DNA of 63,839 nt, the filler included, from Candidatus Zhuqueibacterota bacterium (GTDB lineage Bacteria; BS750m-G25), in the NCBI GenBank assembly GCA_016783505.1. It is 3 parts of 3 records of this genome, joined end to end, with 100 filler letters (N's around TTAATTAATTAA, not from the genome) between each part and the next. Parts side by side here need not be neighbours in the genome. Positions count along the whole stretch, not along the records: positions 1 to 28,940 come from JADHWK010000028.1; 2 more parts are not named here. One strand, 5' to 3'. Positions 1-10,008 of this stretch are shown here, piece after piece. Below the pieces are notes generated by a model that did not search any database, had not been told where the DNA came from, and was given only the letters and a program-made list of their open reading frames with translations. How positions within the stretch are numbered: position 1 is the first letter of the stretch; the number at the start of each line of letters is the position of its first letter. The translations under genes and the position numbers were made by a program.

Positions 1-1842
1 TCCAGCCAGTCCGACGCCGTGGCCAAGCTGATTGAAGAGAAGATCAAATCCAATGAATATACTTATAAGGATTTTGCTATCTTAGTGCGGGCCAACGCCG
101 ACGCCGACCCCTTCCTCCGGTCGCTGAACATGCGGGAGATCCCCTATCGCTTCTCCGGCAGCCGGGGGCTTTATGCCCGGGAAGAGGTGCGGCTGATGAT
201 CTCCTTCCTAAAGACGATCTCCGATTTTGACGATTCCCTCAGTCTCTACCACCTGGCCAGCTCCGACATCTATCAGCTCAAAATGAAAGACCTCACCCGC
301 TGCATGAACCTGGCCCATCGGCAGAACCGGGGTTTACATTACATCTTTGAACATTTTGCCGATTATTCGGAGAACCTTGGAGATCTGACCGACGAGAGCC
401 GGGCCACCATTGACAAACTGATGAAGGATATGGAGAAATACCTGGAGATGTCGAGGGATCATCCCACCGGGGTTGTTCTCTATCAGTTTTTGCAGGGAAG
501 CGGTTATTTAAAGAGATTAACCCACCAGGACAGCATAGAAGCCGAATCCAAGGTTCAAAATCTGGCCAAATTCTTCGAGATCGTGAAGAACTTCGGCTCC
601 TTAGCCGTGCAGGACCGGGTGTCCCAGTTCGTCTCATATCTGGACCTGTTAATCCAGGCCGGGGATGATCCCCCCTCTGCTGAGGCCGACTTCGACGTGG
701 ATGCAGTGAATGTGCTCACCGTACACAAGGCCAAGGGACTGGAGTTTCCGGTGGTGTTCATGGTCAGCTTGGTGGGCCGGAAGTTCCCCTCCCCCCACCG
801 TTCCGACCCCTTAGAGCTTCCCGAACCTTTGGTTAAAGATATTCTGCCCAGCGGGGATTTCCATCTTCAGGAGGAGAGGCGGCTGTTTTATGTGGGGATG
901 ACCCGGGCCAAAAAAGAGCTTTTTTTGACCAGCGCCCGTGACTATGGGGGCGTTCGGCCCCGGAAGGTGAGCCCGTTTGTGCTGGAGGCCGTGGATAAAC
1001 CCCAGGCTGATGAGACTTATTTAAAAGCTTCAGCCTTAGAGGCCATTAAGAGGTTTGCTCCACCGTCCAAAGAGGGACCCCGGGCCCCAGCGGCCATTCC
1101 TGAAGATCAGGTGCTGAACCTCTCCCACTTTCAGGTAGATGACTACCTCACCTGTCCGTTGAAATATAAATTTGTCCACATCCTGCGGGTGCCCCTGCTT
1201 CCCCATCATTCGATCATCTACGGCAAGGCCCTGCACGAGGCGGTCAAAGAATATCACCTGCGGAAGGTGAACGGTCAACCCGTTTCCTTAGAGAATCTGA
1301 TTGATGTTTTCGAGAGAACATGGAGATCGGAGGGCTTCCTCACCAGGGAGCACGAAGAGCAGCGGCTTCAGGCTGGTCGTGAAACCCTGCGGCTTTTCTA
1401 CCAGGAGCAGGAGAGATCGGGTCTAATTCCCACCCTCATAGAGCAGGACTTTAGTTTCATACTGGAGAATAACCGGCTGGTGGGTCGCTGGGATCGGGTG
1501 GACGTTAAGGACGGGTCGGCTACCATTATTGATTTCAAGTCCTCTGAGATCAGGCAGCAAAAGGATGCAGACAGAAGGGTCAGGGAAAGCCTTCAGCTCT
1601 CCATCTACGCCTTGGCTTACAGAGAGGCTTACGGCCAGGTTCCAGAGTCAGTGGAGCTGCACTTTCTGGATTCGGGGCTGGTGGGGAGAGCCCCGGTGAC
1701 CCAAAAGATGCTGGAGAAGACGGTGGGAAAAATCAACGAGGCGGCCCGGGGCATCCGTGCCCGGGACTATACCCCCAAACCTGGATACATGGCCTGCCAG
1801 TATTGCCCCTATTCTGGGATTTGCCCCAGTACGGTAACTTAG
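1..1842 (+). CDS. UvrD/PcrA-family helicase with C-terminal PD-(D/E)XK nuclease and 4-Cys Fe-S motif (AdnA/B- or AddA/B-like); 5' partial
   Basis: Helicase motifs AILVRAN, LTVHKAKGLEF, EERRLFYVGMTRAK; nuclease GRWDRVD..IIDFKS, QLSIYALA; TCP plus CQYCPYSGIC. The frame is open to the window edge. Confidence 0.9.
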   Translation, partial: SSQSDAVAKLIEEKIKSNEYTYKDFAILVRANADADPFLRSLNMREIPYRFSGSRGLYAREEVRLMISFLKTISDFDDSLSLYHLASSDIYQLKMKDLTRCMNLAHRQNRGLHYIFEHFADYSENLGDLTDESRATIDKLMKDMEKYLEMSRDHPTGVVLYQFLQGSGYLKRLTHQDSIEAESKVQNLAKFFEIVKNFGSLAVQDRVSQFVSYLDLLIQAGDDPPSAEADFDVDAVNVLTVHKAKGLEFPVVFMVSLVGRKFPSPHRSDPLELPEPLVKDILPSGDFHLQEERRLFYVGMTRAKKELFLTSARDYGGVRPRKVSPFVLEAVDKPQADETYLKASALEAIKRFAPPSKEGPRAPAAIPEDQVLNLSHFQVDDYLTCPLKYKFVHILRVPLLPHHSIIYGKALHEAVKEYHLRKVNGQPVSLENLIDVFERTWRSEGFLTREHEEQRLQAGRETLRLFYQEQERSGLIPTLIEQDFSFILENNRLVGRWDRVDVKDGSATIIDFKSSEIRQQKDADRRVRESLQLSIYALAYREAYGQVPESVELHFLDSGLVGRAPVTQKMLEKTVGKINEAARGIRARDYTPKPGYMACQYCPYSGICPSTVT

Positions 1843-1873
1843 TAGGGGTTAGAATTTAAGTATCAGAATGAAA

Positions 1874-1908
1874 GAGCAGGGGAGCAAGGGGGCAGAGGAG
1901 CAAGGGAG
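1874..1908 (+). repeat. Purine-rich degenerate octamer tract (GAGCAGGG-type)
   Basis: gagcaggg gagcaagg gggcagag gagcaagg; related tracts at ~14780-14845, 17478-17508 and (reverse) 55803-55843, 60345-60381. Confidence 0.7.
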
Positions 1909-1924
1909 AATCGGTCAAGTTATT

Positions 1925-1948
1925 CGGGTCGATCAGGCGCCCGACTGA
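1925..1948. repeat. Palindromic element, homologue of the palindrome interrupted at 15004-15188
   Basis: cgggtcgatcaggcgcccgactga matches 21/24 to the reverse complement of the reconstructed 15004-15188 empty site. Confidence 0.6.
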
Positions 1949-1959
1949 AAGGTTTTTTG

Positions 1960-2025
1960 GTTTAGGGCATTGGGATTTTGGTCATTGGAATTTGTTTAGG
2001 ATTTCGATATTTGAATTTCGGATTT
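1960..2025. repeat. Degenerate heptamer tract (ttggtca/ttggaat/ttcgata/ttcggat type)
   Basis: 7-nt periodicity; related tracts at ~60097-60275 and inside thiL (34193-34224). Confidence 0.65.
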
Positions 2026-2212
2026 TCTTACTGATATTGTGTCTCGTCGGTTTGCCTGCCCGGCCAGGGAGGCGTGGCTGCGATAGCTAAAAATTGCAAG
2101 ATCTCCCTTAACTGTCAGGTCAAGACAATGAACTCTAAGAGGAGTCGCTCCGAATATAAACCCGTCCATATGGTCTTCCTGAAAAGATAGTGAGGGAAAC
2201 AAAGGTCTCATT

Positions 2213-2491
2213 TTATTCAAGAAATATGGGATAATTATAAATTTTGTTATGATGCCCAATAAAACGGAATTCGGCTATGTCTTTTTCGGTGAACTTGAAT
2301 ACAATACGATAGTTTATATCAACCCGAAAGCTCCAGATATCGTGTCCCTTGGGATGCAATTTTTCGGTTCTGAGAATGGGATCGAAAGGATTTTCTTTAA
2401 AAAGTTCTGTTTTTTCAGCCGCTTTCTTTTAAATTCTGGGGTCGAGTTTTTCAAACAGCTTATCAAATGTTTTGGTGGTTACTATTCTCAT
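2213..2491 (-). pseudogene. RelE/ParE-superfamily toxin with premature stop at codon 21 (not in ORF track)
   Basis: Manual translation MRIVTTKTFDKLFEKLDPRI*KKAAEKTELFKENPFDPILRTEKLHPKGHDIWSFRVDINYRIVFKFTEKDIAEFRFIGHHNKIYNYPIFLE; TAA at 2431-2429; TAATG coupling to the upstream gene. Confidence 0.85.
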
Positions 2492-2709
2492 TATTTCTTA
2501 AGAAGTTCATAGAGTGAATTTCTTTCGGTGATCCGACCTTCCCGGTGCTCTTTCTCAGAAGCATCCAAAAGTTTTATGAATTCCTTTTTAAAAAGCCCGC
2601 AGGCGTTACAAAAGGTTTCAAAATCCTCTCTGTCAATTTCGATGGTAATCTTGTGCGAGCTGGTTTTTTTAACTCTCATGTTCAGACCTGTGCTCATTTT
2701 ATACTCCAA
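2491..2709 (-). CDS. Putative antitoxin of the RelE-like toxin
   Basis: Small charged protein translationally coupled upstream of the toxin; start may be a downstream ATG. Confidence 0.7.
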   Translation of the reverse strand: MEYKMSTGLNMRVKKTSSHKITIEIDREDFETFCNACGLFKKEFIKLLDASEKEHREGRITERNSLYELLKK

Positions 2710-2778
2710 ATATTTTCTGTATGTACCCTTTTGTTTGTAAAGTTAATAAATTAATGGATAAAAATCAAATAAAATAAT

Positions 2779-3018
2779 ATGATGATCCAAAACTTCGACC
2801 AAAATTTTTATTGGTTTGTCCTGAGCCGAACGAACGGCGTGGGGAATAAAACGCTGTTGGAGATCTTCAAACGAAACCGAGAACTGGACATGAGCATCGG
2901 GGATTTCTGGAAACTGCCGGAATCGGAAATGACGATGTTGTATGGACTAAAACCCCCGGTAATTCAGTCCATTCTGAATCTAAAGGGTAGTCTTAAAGAG
3001 ATAAAAAGTCTATACTAA
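2779..3018 (+). pseudogene. N-terminal SAM/HhH-like fragment resembling DprA
   Basis: YWFVLSRTNGVGNKTLLEIF resembles the DprA N-terminus; no Rossmann domain follows. Confidence 0.55.
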
Positions 3019-3066
3019 GTGAAGTAATGGATAGGGTTAAAGAGGGATAAAACAAAGGGTTTTTTA

Positions 3067-3777
3067 ATGCATGAAACGACGCTAATCGTTCTTCTGGGCA
3101 CGGCGTTGTCCATCGGGTTTATCCATACCTTGATCGGCCCCGACCATTACCTGCCCTTCATTCTGTTGGCAAAGGCCCGTGGCTGGCGGCTGGGCAGGAC
3201 GCTGGCCATTACCCTCTGGTGCGGGTTAGGCCACGTGTTAAGCTCCGTTCTTATCGGATTGGTGGGGATTGCGGCAGGAATCGCCATCAGCAAATTGGAG
3301 GGAATCGAGTCGGTACGGGGTGGATTGGCCTCATGGCTCTTGATCGGCTTTGGGTTAGCCTACGGGATCTGGGGGCTACGGCGGGGGCTCAGGGGTAAAG
3401 TCCATACCCATCGTCACTTTCACGATGACGGCATCTCCCATGCCCATGATCACGCTCACATTAAGGAACACAGTCACATTCACGAAGACAAGGGAAAAAT
3501 TACTCCGTGGGCCCTGTTCATCATCTTCGCTTTTGGTCCCTGCGAACCTCTGATCCCCCTGGTCATGGTTCCGGCTTCCCAGCATTCCTGGTGGGGGGTA
3601 GCCTTGGTGGCCTTGGTATTCGGGGTGGCTACCATCGGCACAATGATGGTCATCGTTGGTTTGAGCTCTTATGGCCTGTTACGCTTGCAGGTCAGGCCGT
3701 TGGAACGTTATGTCCATGCCCTGGCTGGAGGGATGATCGCCCTTTCAGGAATGGCGATTATGGTGCTGGGGGTTTGA
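3067..3777 (+). CDS. His-rich Ni/Co transporter-like membrane protein (NicO/UreH-like)
   Basis: HTLIGPDHYLP, GLGHVLSS, His-rich loop, PCEPLIP; about 6 TM. Confidence 0.8.
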   Translation: MHETTLIVLLGTALSIGFIHTLIGPDHYLPFILLAKARGWRLGRTLAITLWCGLGHVLSSVLIGLVGIAAGIAISKLEGIESVRGGLASWLLIGFGLAYGIWGLRRGLRGKVHTHRHFHDDGISHAHDHAHIKEHSHIHEDKGKITPWALFIIFAFGPCEPLIPLVMVPASQHSWWGVALVALVFGVATIGTMMVIVGLSSYGLLRLQVRPLERYVHALAGGMIALSGMAIMVLGV

Positions 3778-4253
3778 CAAGTCAAGTTTTACCAATAAAA
3801 CCTTTTTTTGTGTAGTAAATTATATGAATTACAGTTCGGCTCCTTTAATTCGAATAAAAAATTTCCGCCACAAAGATACGAAAACACCAAAATTTTTTGT
3901 GATCAATAAAATTTTACATTATTTAAGTGGGTAATCAAATATTCGTTAACTGTACTTATAAGGTCTCAAAAGTTCTTTCTTCTTAATGAAACTTGGAAAG
4001 TTTCCTATTCCTGGATGGTGAGGGGTGGAATGGTTGTCCCTCCTTAATAGGGGGGACTTGTAGAAATGATGACAGTATATGCTTAGTGATAATCACCCCT
4101 TCATAGGGGGTTAATCAAATTATAAAATAATTCATATGAATATTGCTATCCGCACTGATCCGGGAAGAGCCTAATTTTTAAAATTCTGGCAATCTTTGAA
4201 CTCTTTGAAATTTAAACAATTCGGTGTATCTTTTAAGTTTAGGGTGACTAAAA

Positions 4254-5312
4254 ATGAATTTATTATATGCAGGCATTGCCGTCTTAATTGTCCTTCTCTT
4301 CGGCGGTCTGTGGCTGTTGGTTCGCAGGCAGGATAAACAGTGGAAGGAGTTTCTGGAGAGGCAAAGGGACGATCCGACGTTTAAGGTAATCACTGATTGG
4401 CTTAAAGATATGCGGGAGGGGCTGGATCGGAGCAGCGATTCCCTGCAAAAGCGGCTGGATGCTACCAACAAGGCCATTAGTGACAGATTGGACAGCGCCG
4501 CCCGGGTGATCGGGGCGGTGTCCAAAGAACTGGGTCAGGTGCAGGAGATCGGTCGGGCGATGAAGGATTTTCAGGATTTTCTAAGGTCACCTAAGCTGCG
4601 GGGAAACATCGGCGAGCAGATCTTAAGGGATCTGTTAACACAGGTGTTACCCAAGGAGAATTATCATATCCAGCACCGCTTCAAGGCCGGGGAGACGGTG
4701 GATGCCGTAATCTCCACGGACAAGGGTTTGATCCCCGTTGACGCCAAGTTCCCGATGGAGAACTTCCGCCGCATCCTGCAGGCGGAGTCCGAGGAGCAGA
4801 AGAATTCCCTGGTTCGTGAATTCACCCGGGACGTGAAAAAGCACATTGACGACATCAGCAAGAAATACATCCTGCCCCAGGAGGGGACGGTAGATTTTGC
4901 CATCATGTATATTCCTGCTGAGGCCGTTTATTACGAGATCGTAATGGGTGACGGGGCTCTTAACACCTACGCTTACGACAAGAAAGTGCTCTTGGTTTCC
5001 CCTAATTCGTTTTATTATTTTCTGAAGGTTATTCTGATCGGCCTTGAGGGCAAAAAGATTGAACAGGCAACCCGTTACATTCTGGAGACCCTGTCAGCCA
5101 TCCGCCAGGATTCGGTGAAGTTCGGGGAAAACCTGAGGGTATTGACCACCCATCTGACCAACGCCAAAAACACGTTGGACCGGGTGAACACCGACTTCTC
5201 CAGGCTCTCCAGCCGGATCGAGGACACCCGTCTCCTCAAAGCGGGGGCAGCAGGAGATATTGAAGGGGGGAAACAGGAGAGTCTTTTGGGGGTGGGGGAA
5301 GATAGTAAATAA
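4254..5312 (+). CDS. rmuC: DNA recombination protein RmuC
   Basis: N-terminal TM, coiled coil, RGNIGE, VDAKFP, KYI, DFAIMYIPAEAVY. Confidence 0.92.
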   Translation: MNLLYAGIAVLIVLLFGGLWLLVRRQDKQWKEFLERQRDDPTFKVITDWLKDMREGLDRSSDSLQKRLDATNKAISDRLDSAARVIGAVSKELGQVQEIGRAMKDFQDFLRSPKLRGNIGEQILRDLLTQVLPKENYHIQHRFKAGETVDAVISTDKGLIPVDAKFPMENFRRILQAESEEQKNSLVREFTRDVKKHIDDISKKYILPQEGTVDFAIMYIPAEAVYYEIVMGDGALNTYAYDKKVLLVSPNSFYYFLKVILIGLEGKKIEQATRYILETLSAIRQDSVKFGENLRVLTTHLTNAKNTLDRVNTDFSRLSSRIEDTRLLKAGAAGDIEGGKQESLLGVGEDSK

Positions 5313-5357
5313 ATATAATTCTCTTCAAACCTGTGTGGGTAATGTCAATTAATTTTT

Positions 5358-6905
5358 ATGAAGCAATCATTTGAAGAAACAATTTTAATCCTTGACTTCG
5401 GTTCCCAGTACACCCAGCTCATCGCCCGGAGGGTGCGGGGGATCGGGGTCTACTCCGAAATTTACCCCTTCAACGTGCCTACCGAAAAAGTTCAGGCATT
5501 AAATCCTAAGGGATTGATTCTTTCGGGAGGGCCGGCGTCAGTCTACGATAAAGGGGCCCCTTTGCCGGACCTGGAAATTTTCGAACTGGGAATTCCCGTC
5601 CTGGGAATCTGCTATGGGCTGCAGGTATTGGCCTACCTGATGGGGGGGGAGGTCAGTCGGGCGGCCCGCAGGGAATACGGCCATGCTGAGCTTTCCATTT
5701 TAAGGGATGATGACCTCTTTGCGGGACTTTCCGGAAAAACCCCGGTCTGGATGAGCCACGGGGATCTTCTGACGAAGCCCCCGGAGGGATTTGGGGTCAT
5801 CGCCCGAACGGATAATTCCGCCGTTGCCGCTATTAGGCATCCCAAGAAAAAATTCTATGGAGTGCAGTTTCATCCCGAGGTCGTCCACACCCCGAAGGGA
5901 GAAGAAATCCTGAAGAACTTTGCTTATCTGGTCTGTAAATGTCAGGGAGGATGGACGGCACGGTCATTCGTTCAGCGTGCGGTCGCAGCCATTAAAAATC
6001 AAGTAGGCCGGGGCCGGGTGATCTGCGCCCTGTCGGGAGGGGTGGATTCTTCGGTTGTCGCCATGCTCGTGCAGCGAGCGATCGGGGATCGGCTGACCTG
6101 CATCTTTGTGGACAATGGACTTCTGAGAAAGGGCGAATTTAAGCAGGTTATTCAGACCTTCGGGGACCATTTTCATTTGAACTTGGTGGCCGTGGATGCC
6201 TCCCAGCGTTTTCTACAAAAGCTGCAAGGAGTGGTTGATCCCGAGGAGAAAAGAAAAATCATCGGCGGGGAGTTTATCTCTATTTTTGAGGAGGAAGCCA
6301 GAAAGCTGGGTCGGGTGGACTTTCTGGCCCAGGGAACCCTGTATCCAGACCTGATTGAAAGCACCCCATTTAAGGGCCCGTCGGCCACCATCAAGTCCCA
6401 CCACAACGTGGGGGGGCTGCCGGAAAAGATGGGGTTGACGTTAATCGAGCCCTTAAAAGAGCTATTCAAGGACGAGGCGCGGGAGGTAGGTCGGGAGTTG
6501 GGTTTGCCGGAAGAAATCATTGGTAGGCATCCCTTTCCGGGTCCAGGGCTGGGTGTTAGGGTGGTGGGCGAAGTAACTGAAGATCAGTTGAATGTACTCC
6601 GGGAAGCGGATGCCATTTTTACCGAAGAACTGAAAAAATCAGGCTGGTACGGAAAGGTCTGGCAGGCACTGTCCTTGCTTTTGCCCGTCCAGTCAGTGGG
6701 GGTTATGGGTGACGAGCGGACCTATGAAAATGTGATTGCCTTACGGGCGGTGGACTCGATGGACGGGATGACCGCCGACTTTTCCCCCCTGCCCCATGAC
6801 CTGTTGAGTCGGATTTCTAACCGGATCATCAACGAGGTAAAAGGGGTCAATCGGGTGGTCTACGATATCTCGTCCAAGCCGCCCAGCACTATTGAGTGGG
6901 AATGA
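5358..6905 (+). CDS. guaA: GMP synthase (glutamine-hydrolysing)
   Basis: [46 protein letters not shown]. Confidence 0.99.
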   Translation: MKQSFEETILILDFGSQYTQLIARRVRGIGVYSEIYPFNVPTEKVQALNPKGLILSGGPASVYDKGAPLPDLEIFELGIPVLGICYGLQVLAYLMGGEVSRAARREYGHAELSILRDDDLFAGLSGKTPVWMSHGDLLTKPPEGFGVIARTDNSAVAAIRHPKKKFYGVQFHPEVVHTPKGEEILKNFAYLVCKCQGGWTARSFVQRAVAAIKNQVGRGRVICALSGGVDSSVVAMLVQRAIGDRLTCIFVDNGLLRKGEFKQVIQTFGDHFHLNLVAVDASQRFLQKLQGVVDPEEKRKIIGGEFISIFEEEARKLGRVDFLAQGTLYPDLIESTPFKGPSATIKSHHNVGGLPEKMGLTLIEPLKELFKDEAREVGRELGLPEEIIGRHPFPGPGLGVRVVGEVTEDQLNVLREADAIFTEELKKSGWYGKVWQALSLLLPVQSVGVMGDERTYENVIALRAVDSMDGMTADFSPLPHDLLSRISNRIINEVKGVNRVVYDISSKPPSTIEWE

Positions 6906-6940
6906 AATTTATTAGGTCCGATATCATTTAATATTTATTA

Positions 6941-7110
6941 AAACTATTGTAAAAATCCTAAACCGTTAGCCATTTGAATAAAACCTGTCATTCCTGTCCC
7001 GAAACTTCGGGATTATCAGGAATCCATAGGTTTGGAAATAGATTCCCGCTTAAAGATTGCGGGAATGACATTGGGTATAAAACACAACAAACTGAAAAAT
7101 ACAATAGTTT
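6941..7110. mobile_element. MITE-like element with nested GTCATTCC..GGGAATGAC repeat (6986-7070) and TCCCGA-N4-TCGGGA palindrome (6997-7012)
   Basis: 11-bp inverted repeat aaactattgta (6941-6951)/tacaatagttt (7100-7110); aatatttat on both flanks (6930-6938, 7111-7119). Confidence 0.55.
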
Positions 7111-7132
7111 AATATTTATATAAGAAAAGGAC

Positions 7133-8959
7133 ATGTGCGGCATTATCGGTTACGTTGGGGACAGGCCCGCCCTGCCCATTCTGATTGAGGGGTTGAAGCG
7201 GATGGAGTACCGGGGTTATGATTCGGCGGGGGTGGCCCTTTTAGAAGACGGTAGGATGAAGGTTGTCAAACGGGCTGGTAAGATTCGGGAGCTGGAGCTT
7301 AAGCTGTCGGGGATGTCCCTTTCCGGAACCGTGGGGATCGGGCATACCCGCTGGGCCACCCATGGTGAACCCAATGAGACCAACGCCCACCCCCATTGGG
7401 ATTGCGGGGGGGAAATTGCTGTTATCCACAACGGGATAATCGAGAATTACGTCTCGCTGAAGGAGGAGCTGGTCAAGAAAGGTCATTCCCTCCGAACGGA
7501 GACGGATACGGAAATCCTGGCCCATCTGATCGAGGAATTTTACGAGGGCGACCTCGAGCAAGCGGTCCGTTATGCCCTGCAGGAAGTTGAAGGGACGTAT
7601 GGGATTGCCGTGCTCTGCCGCAAAGAGCCCGATCGGATTCTGGCCGCCCGGATGGGTAGCCCTTTGATCGTGGGACGGGGGAAAGGGGAAAACTTTGTGG
7701 CTTCGGATGCCGCTGCGGTAATCGGACACACCCGGAACGTCACCTATTTAGACGACGGGGAGATGGTCACCATCACCCGGGGGGAAGCCATCCATAAGAC
7801 CCTGGCTAACGAGCGGATTCCCAAGAAGGTGGAAGAAATCGGTTTTGACATCGAGCAAATTGAAAAAGGTGGGTACTCCCACTTTATGTTGAAGGAGATC
7901 TTCGAGCAGCCGAGGACGGTAGCCGATGCCATGAGGGGACGTCTTTTAGAGGAGGAGGGAATAGCCCGGCTGGGGGGGGTCCGGGACTACATACAAAGGC
8001 TCAGCCAGGCGCGGAAAATTTTTATCACCGCCTGCGGCACCTCCTGGCATGCCGGGTTGATAGGGGAATACATGCTGGAGGAGTACGCCAGGATCCCGGT
8101 GGAAGTGGAATATGCCTCGGAATTTCGGTATCGGAACCCGGTCATCCGGGACAACACCTTCGTTATTGCCATAAGCCAGTCCGGGGAGACTATTGATACC
8201 TTAGCGGCGGTGAGGGAGGGAAAGCGCAAGGGGGCGACGACCCTGGGCATCTGCAATGTTGTGGGATCTACCATTGCCCGGGAGACGGATGGAGGGGTTT
8301 ACATCCATGCCGGCCCCGAGATCGGGGTGGCATCAACCAAGGCCTTCACCGCCCAGGTGACCGCGCTGGCCCTCTTAACCATGGCCCTGGCCCGGCAAGC
8401 GGAGATGGGCAGCTCCACCGGACGGTTTATCATCAATGCCCTCAAAAGCCTTCCCTCACAGGTGGAGAAAGTTCTGAGGACTGATGATCAGATTCTTGAG
8501 ATCGCCAGTGAATTTAAGGATATGAAGAATTTTCTTTATCTCGGTCGCGGTTATAACTTTCCCGTGGCCCTGGAGGGAGCCCTGAAATTGAAGGAAATCT
8601 CCTACATTCACGCCGAGGGGTATCCGGCCGCCGAGATGAAACACGGTCCCATCGCCTTGATTGATGAGAACATGCCGGTGGTGTTCATCGCTACCCAGGA
8701 CGGGACCTATGATAAGGTGATGAGTAACATTGAAGAGGTGAGAGCCCGCCGCGGGCGAGTAATTGCCATCGCTAACGAAGGGGATGTTGAGATTCGAAAA
8801 AAGGCGGAGCACGTTATTTATATCCCCAAGACGTTAAATCTATTGATGCCCATTCTGGCCGTCATCCCATTGCAACTTTTAGCCTATCATATCGCCGTAC
8901 TCAAGGAGCTGGACGTGGACCAACCCCGTAACCTGGCCAAGAGTGTAACCGTGGAGTGA
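7133..8959 (+). CDS. glmS: Glutamine--fructose-6-phosphate aminotransferase
   Basis: MCGIIGY, GHTRWATHG, SQSGET, PRNLAKSVTVE. Confidence 0.99.
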   Translation: MCGIIGYVGDRPALPILIEGLKRMEYRGYDSAGVALLEDGRMKVVKRAGKIRELELKLSGMSLSGTVGIGHTRWATHGEPNETNAHPHWDCGGEIAVIHNGIIENYVSLKEELVKKGHSLRTETDTEILAHLIEEFYEGDLEQAVRYALQEVEGTYGIAVLCRKEPDRILAARMGSPLIVGRGKGENFVASDAAAVIGHTRNVTYLDDGEMVTITRGEAIHKTLANERIPKKVEEIGFDIEQIEKGGYSHFMLKEIFEQPRTVADAMRGRLLEEEGIARLGGVRDYIQRLSQARKIFITACGTSWHAGLIGEYMLEEYARIPVEVEYASEFRYRNPVIRDNTFVIAISQSGETIDTLAAVREGKRKGATTLGICNVVGSTIARETDGGVYIHAGPEIGVASTKAFTAQVTALALLTMALARQAEMGSSTGRFIINALKSLPSQVEKVLRTDDQILEIASEFKDMKNFLYLGRGYNFPVALEGALKLKEISYIHAEGYPAAEMKHGPIALIDENMPVVFIATQDGTYDKVMSNIEEVRARRGRVIAIANEGDVEIRKKAEHVIYIPKTLNLLMPILAVIPLQLLAYHIAVLKELDVDQPRNLAKSVTVE

Positions 8960-9134
8960 TATCACACCGCGAAAACTTTTGGGAAGAAAGGGATGATTAA
9001 TGGATAAATGGATAGATGGATCCGACGTTTGCTGGACAATTATGCAACTGTTCTTTTTAACCAACATTCGGAATTCATTTTTCGCTAAAATCTTGCTTAT
9101 ACAGAAATCCTTTTATATTAGTCCCGTGAAATAA

Positions 9135-9392
9135 TTGTTAACTCAATCTTCTGACACCAATCCCAAAGCGGAGAAGGTCCAGATATCATTGATCCGTAGG
9201 GCAAGCGTAGCCAAAAGAATCTCACGAATGAGGTCCCTTTCTCAGACTACTATTCAGCTTTCACGGCGAGCGATCTTGCGAGCCAATCCAGGATTGAGCG
9301 ATCAAGAACTAAGCTTGATTTTCGCAGCGTATCATTATGGTGAAAACTTGTCGGATTCTCTACGCAAATACTTGAATCAGCGAAAACCATGA
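9135..9392 (+). CDS. Small helical protein, putative antitoxin of the downstream nucleotidyltransferase
   Basis: ATGA overlap with the NTase gene; size and arrangement as in MenA1/MenT1-type pairs. Confidence 0.6.
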   Translation: MLTQSSDTNPKAEKVQISLIRRASVAKRISRMRSLSQTTIQLSRRAILRANPGLSDQELSLIFAAYHYGENLSDSLRKYLNQRKP

Positions 9393-9973
9393 AAAATCCA
9401 GATATTTTAGCCGCATTAGAACCTGTGGTAAAAACCTTTGAGAAGCTAGGCGTGAAATATTATATTGGCGGCTCCGTAGCCAGTTCCGCCTATGGAATAG
9501 CTCGCGCAACTTTGGATGTTGATCTGGTCGCCGATTTAATACCCCAGCATGTTAGTTCCCTTGTAAAAGCTCTTAAATCAGAGTATTACATTGACAAAGA
9601 TATGATATTGGACGCAATTCATAGACGTTCTTCATTCAACCTGATTCACCTTGAAACTATGCTCAAGGTTGACGTTTTTATCGTTAAGGACGGGTCTTAT
9701 CATGTTGAAGCCTTTCGGAGGAGAAGAAAGGACACCCTGGATGAGGAGCGGGAAGACCTCAAATTTTACATTGCGTCCCCAGAAGATGTTATTCTCAACA
9801 AACTTGATTGGTTTCGCAAGGGAGGGGGCGTAGCAGATCGTCAATGGGGCGATGTTTTGGGGGTGTTGAAGGTTCAAGGAGATCAATTGGATATTGAATA
9901 CATTCGACGTTGGGCTTTAGAACTGGGCCTTGCCGATTTGTTGGATCAGGCGTTTCGGGAGGCGGGGATTTAA
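9389..9973 (+). CDS. Pol-beta-superfamily nucleotidyltransferase (AbiEii/MenT-like putative toxin)
   Basis: IGGSVA..RATLDVD, SPEDVILNKL, RQWGD. Confidence 0.75.
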   Translation: MKNPDILAALEPVVKTFEKLGVKYYIGGSVASSAYGIARATLDVDLVADLIPQHVSSLVKALKSEYYIDKDMILDAIHRRSSFNLIHLETMLKVDVFIVKDGSYHVEAFRRRRKDTLDEEREDLKFYIASPEDVILNKLDWFRKGGGVADRQWGDVLGVLKVQGDQLDIEYIRRWALELGLADLLDQAFREAGI

Positions 9974-10008
9974 ATATAAAAGTAGTTGTTTCAGTTTTTG
10001 GGGTTCAC

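Noticed and set aside
6906-7132. glmS ribozyme upstream of glmS
   Set aside because: No recognisable ribozyme core; the hairpins are explained by nested repeats. An Rfam scan would be decisive
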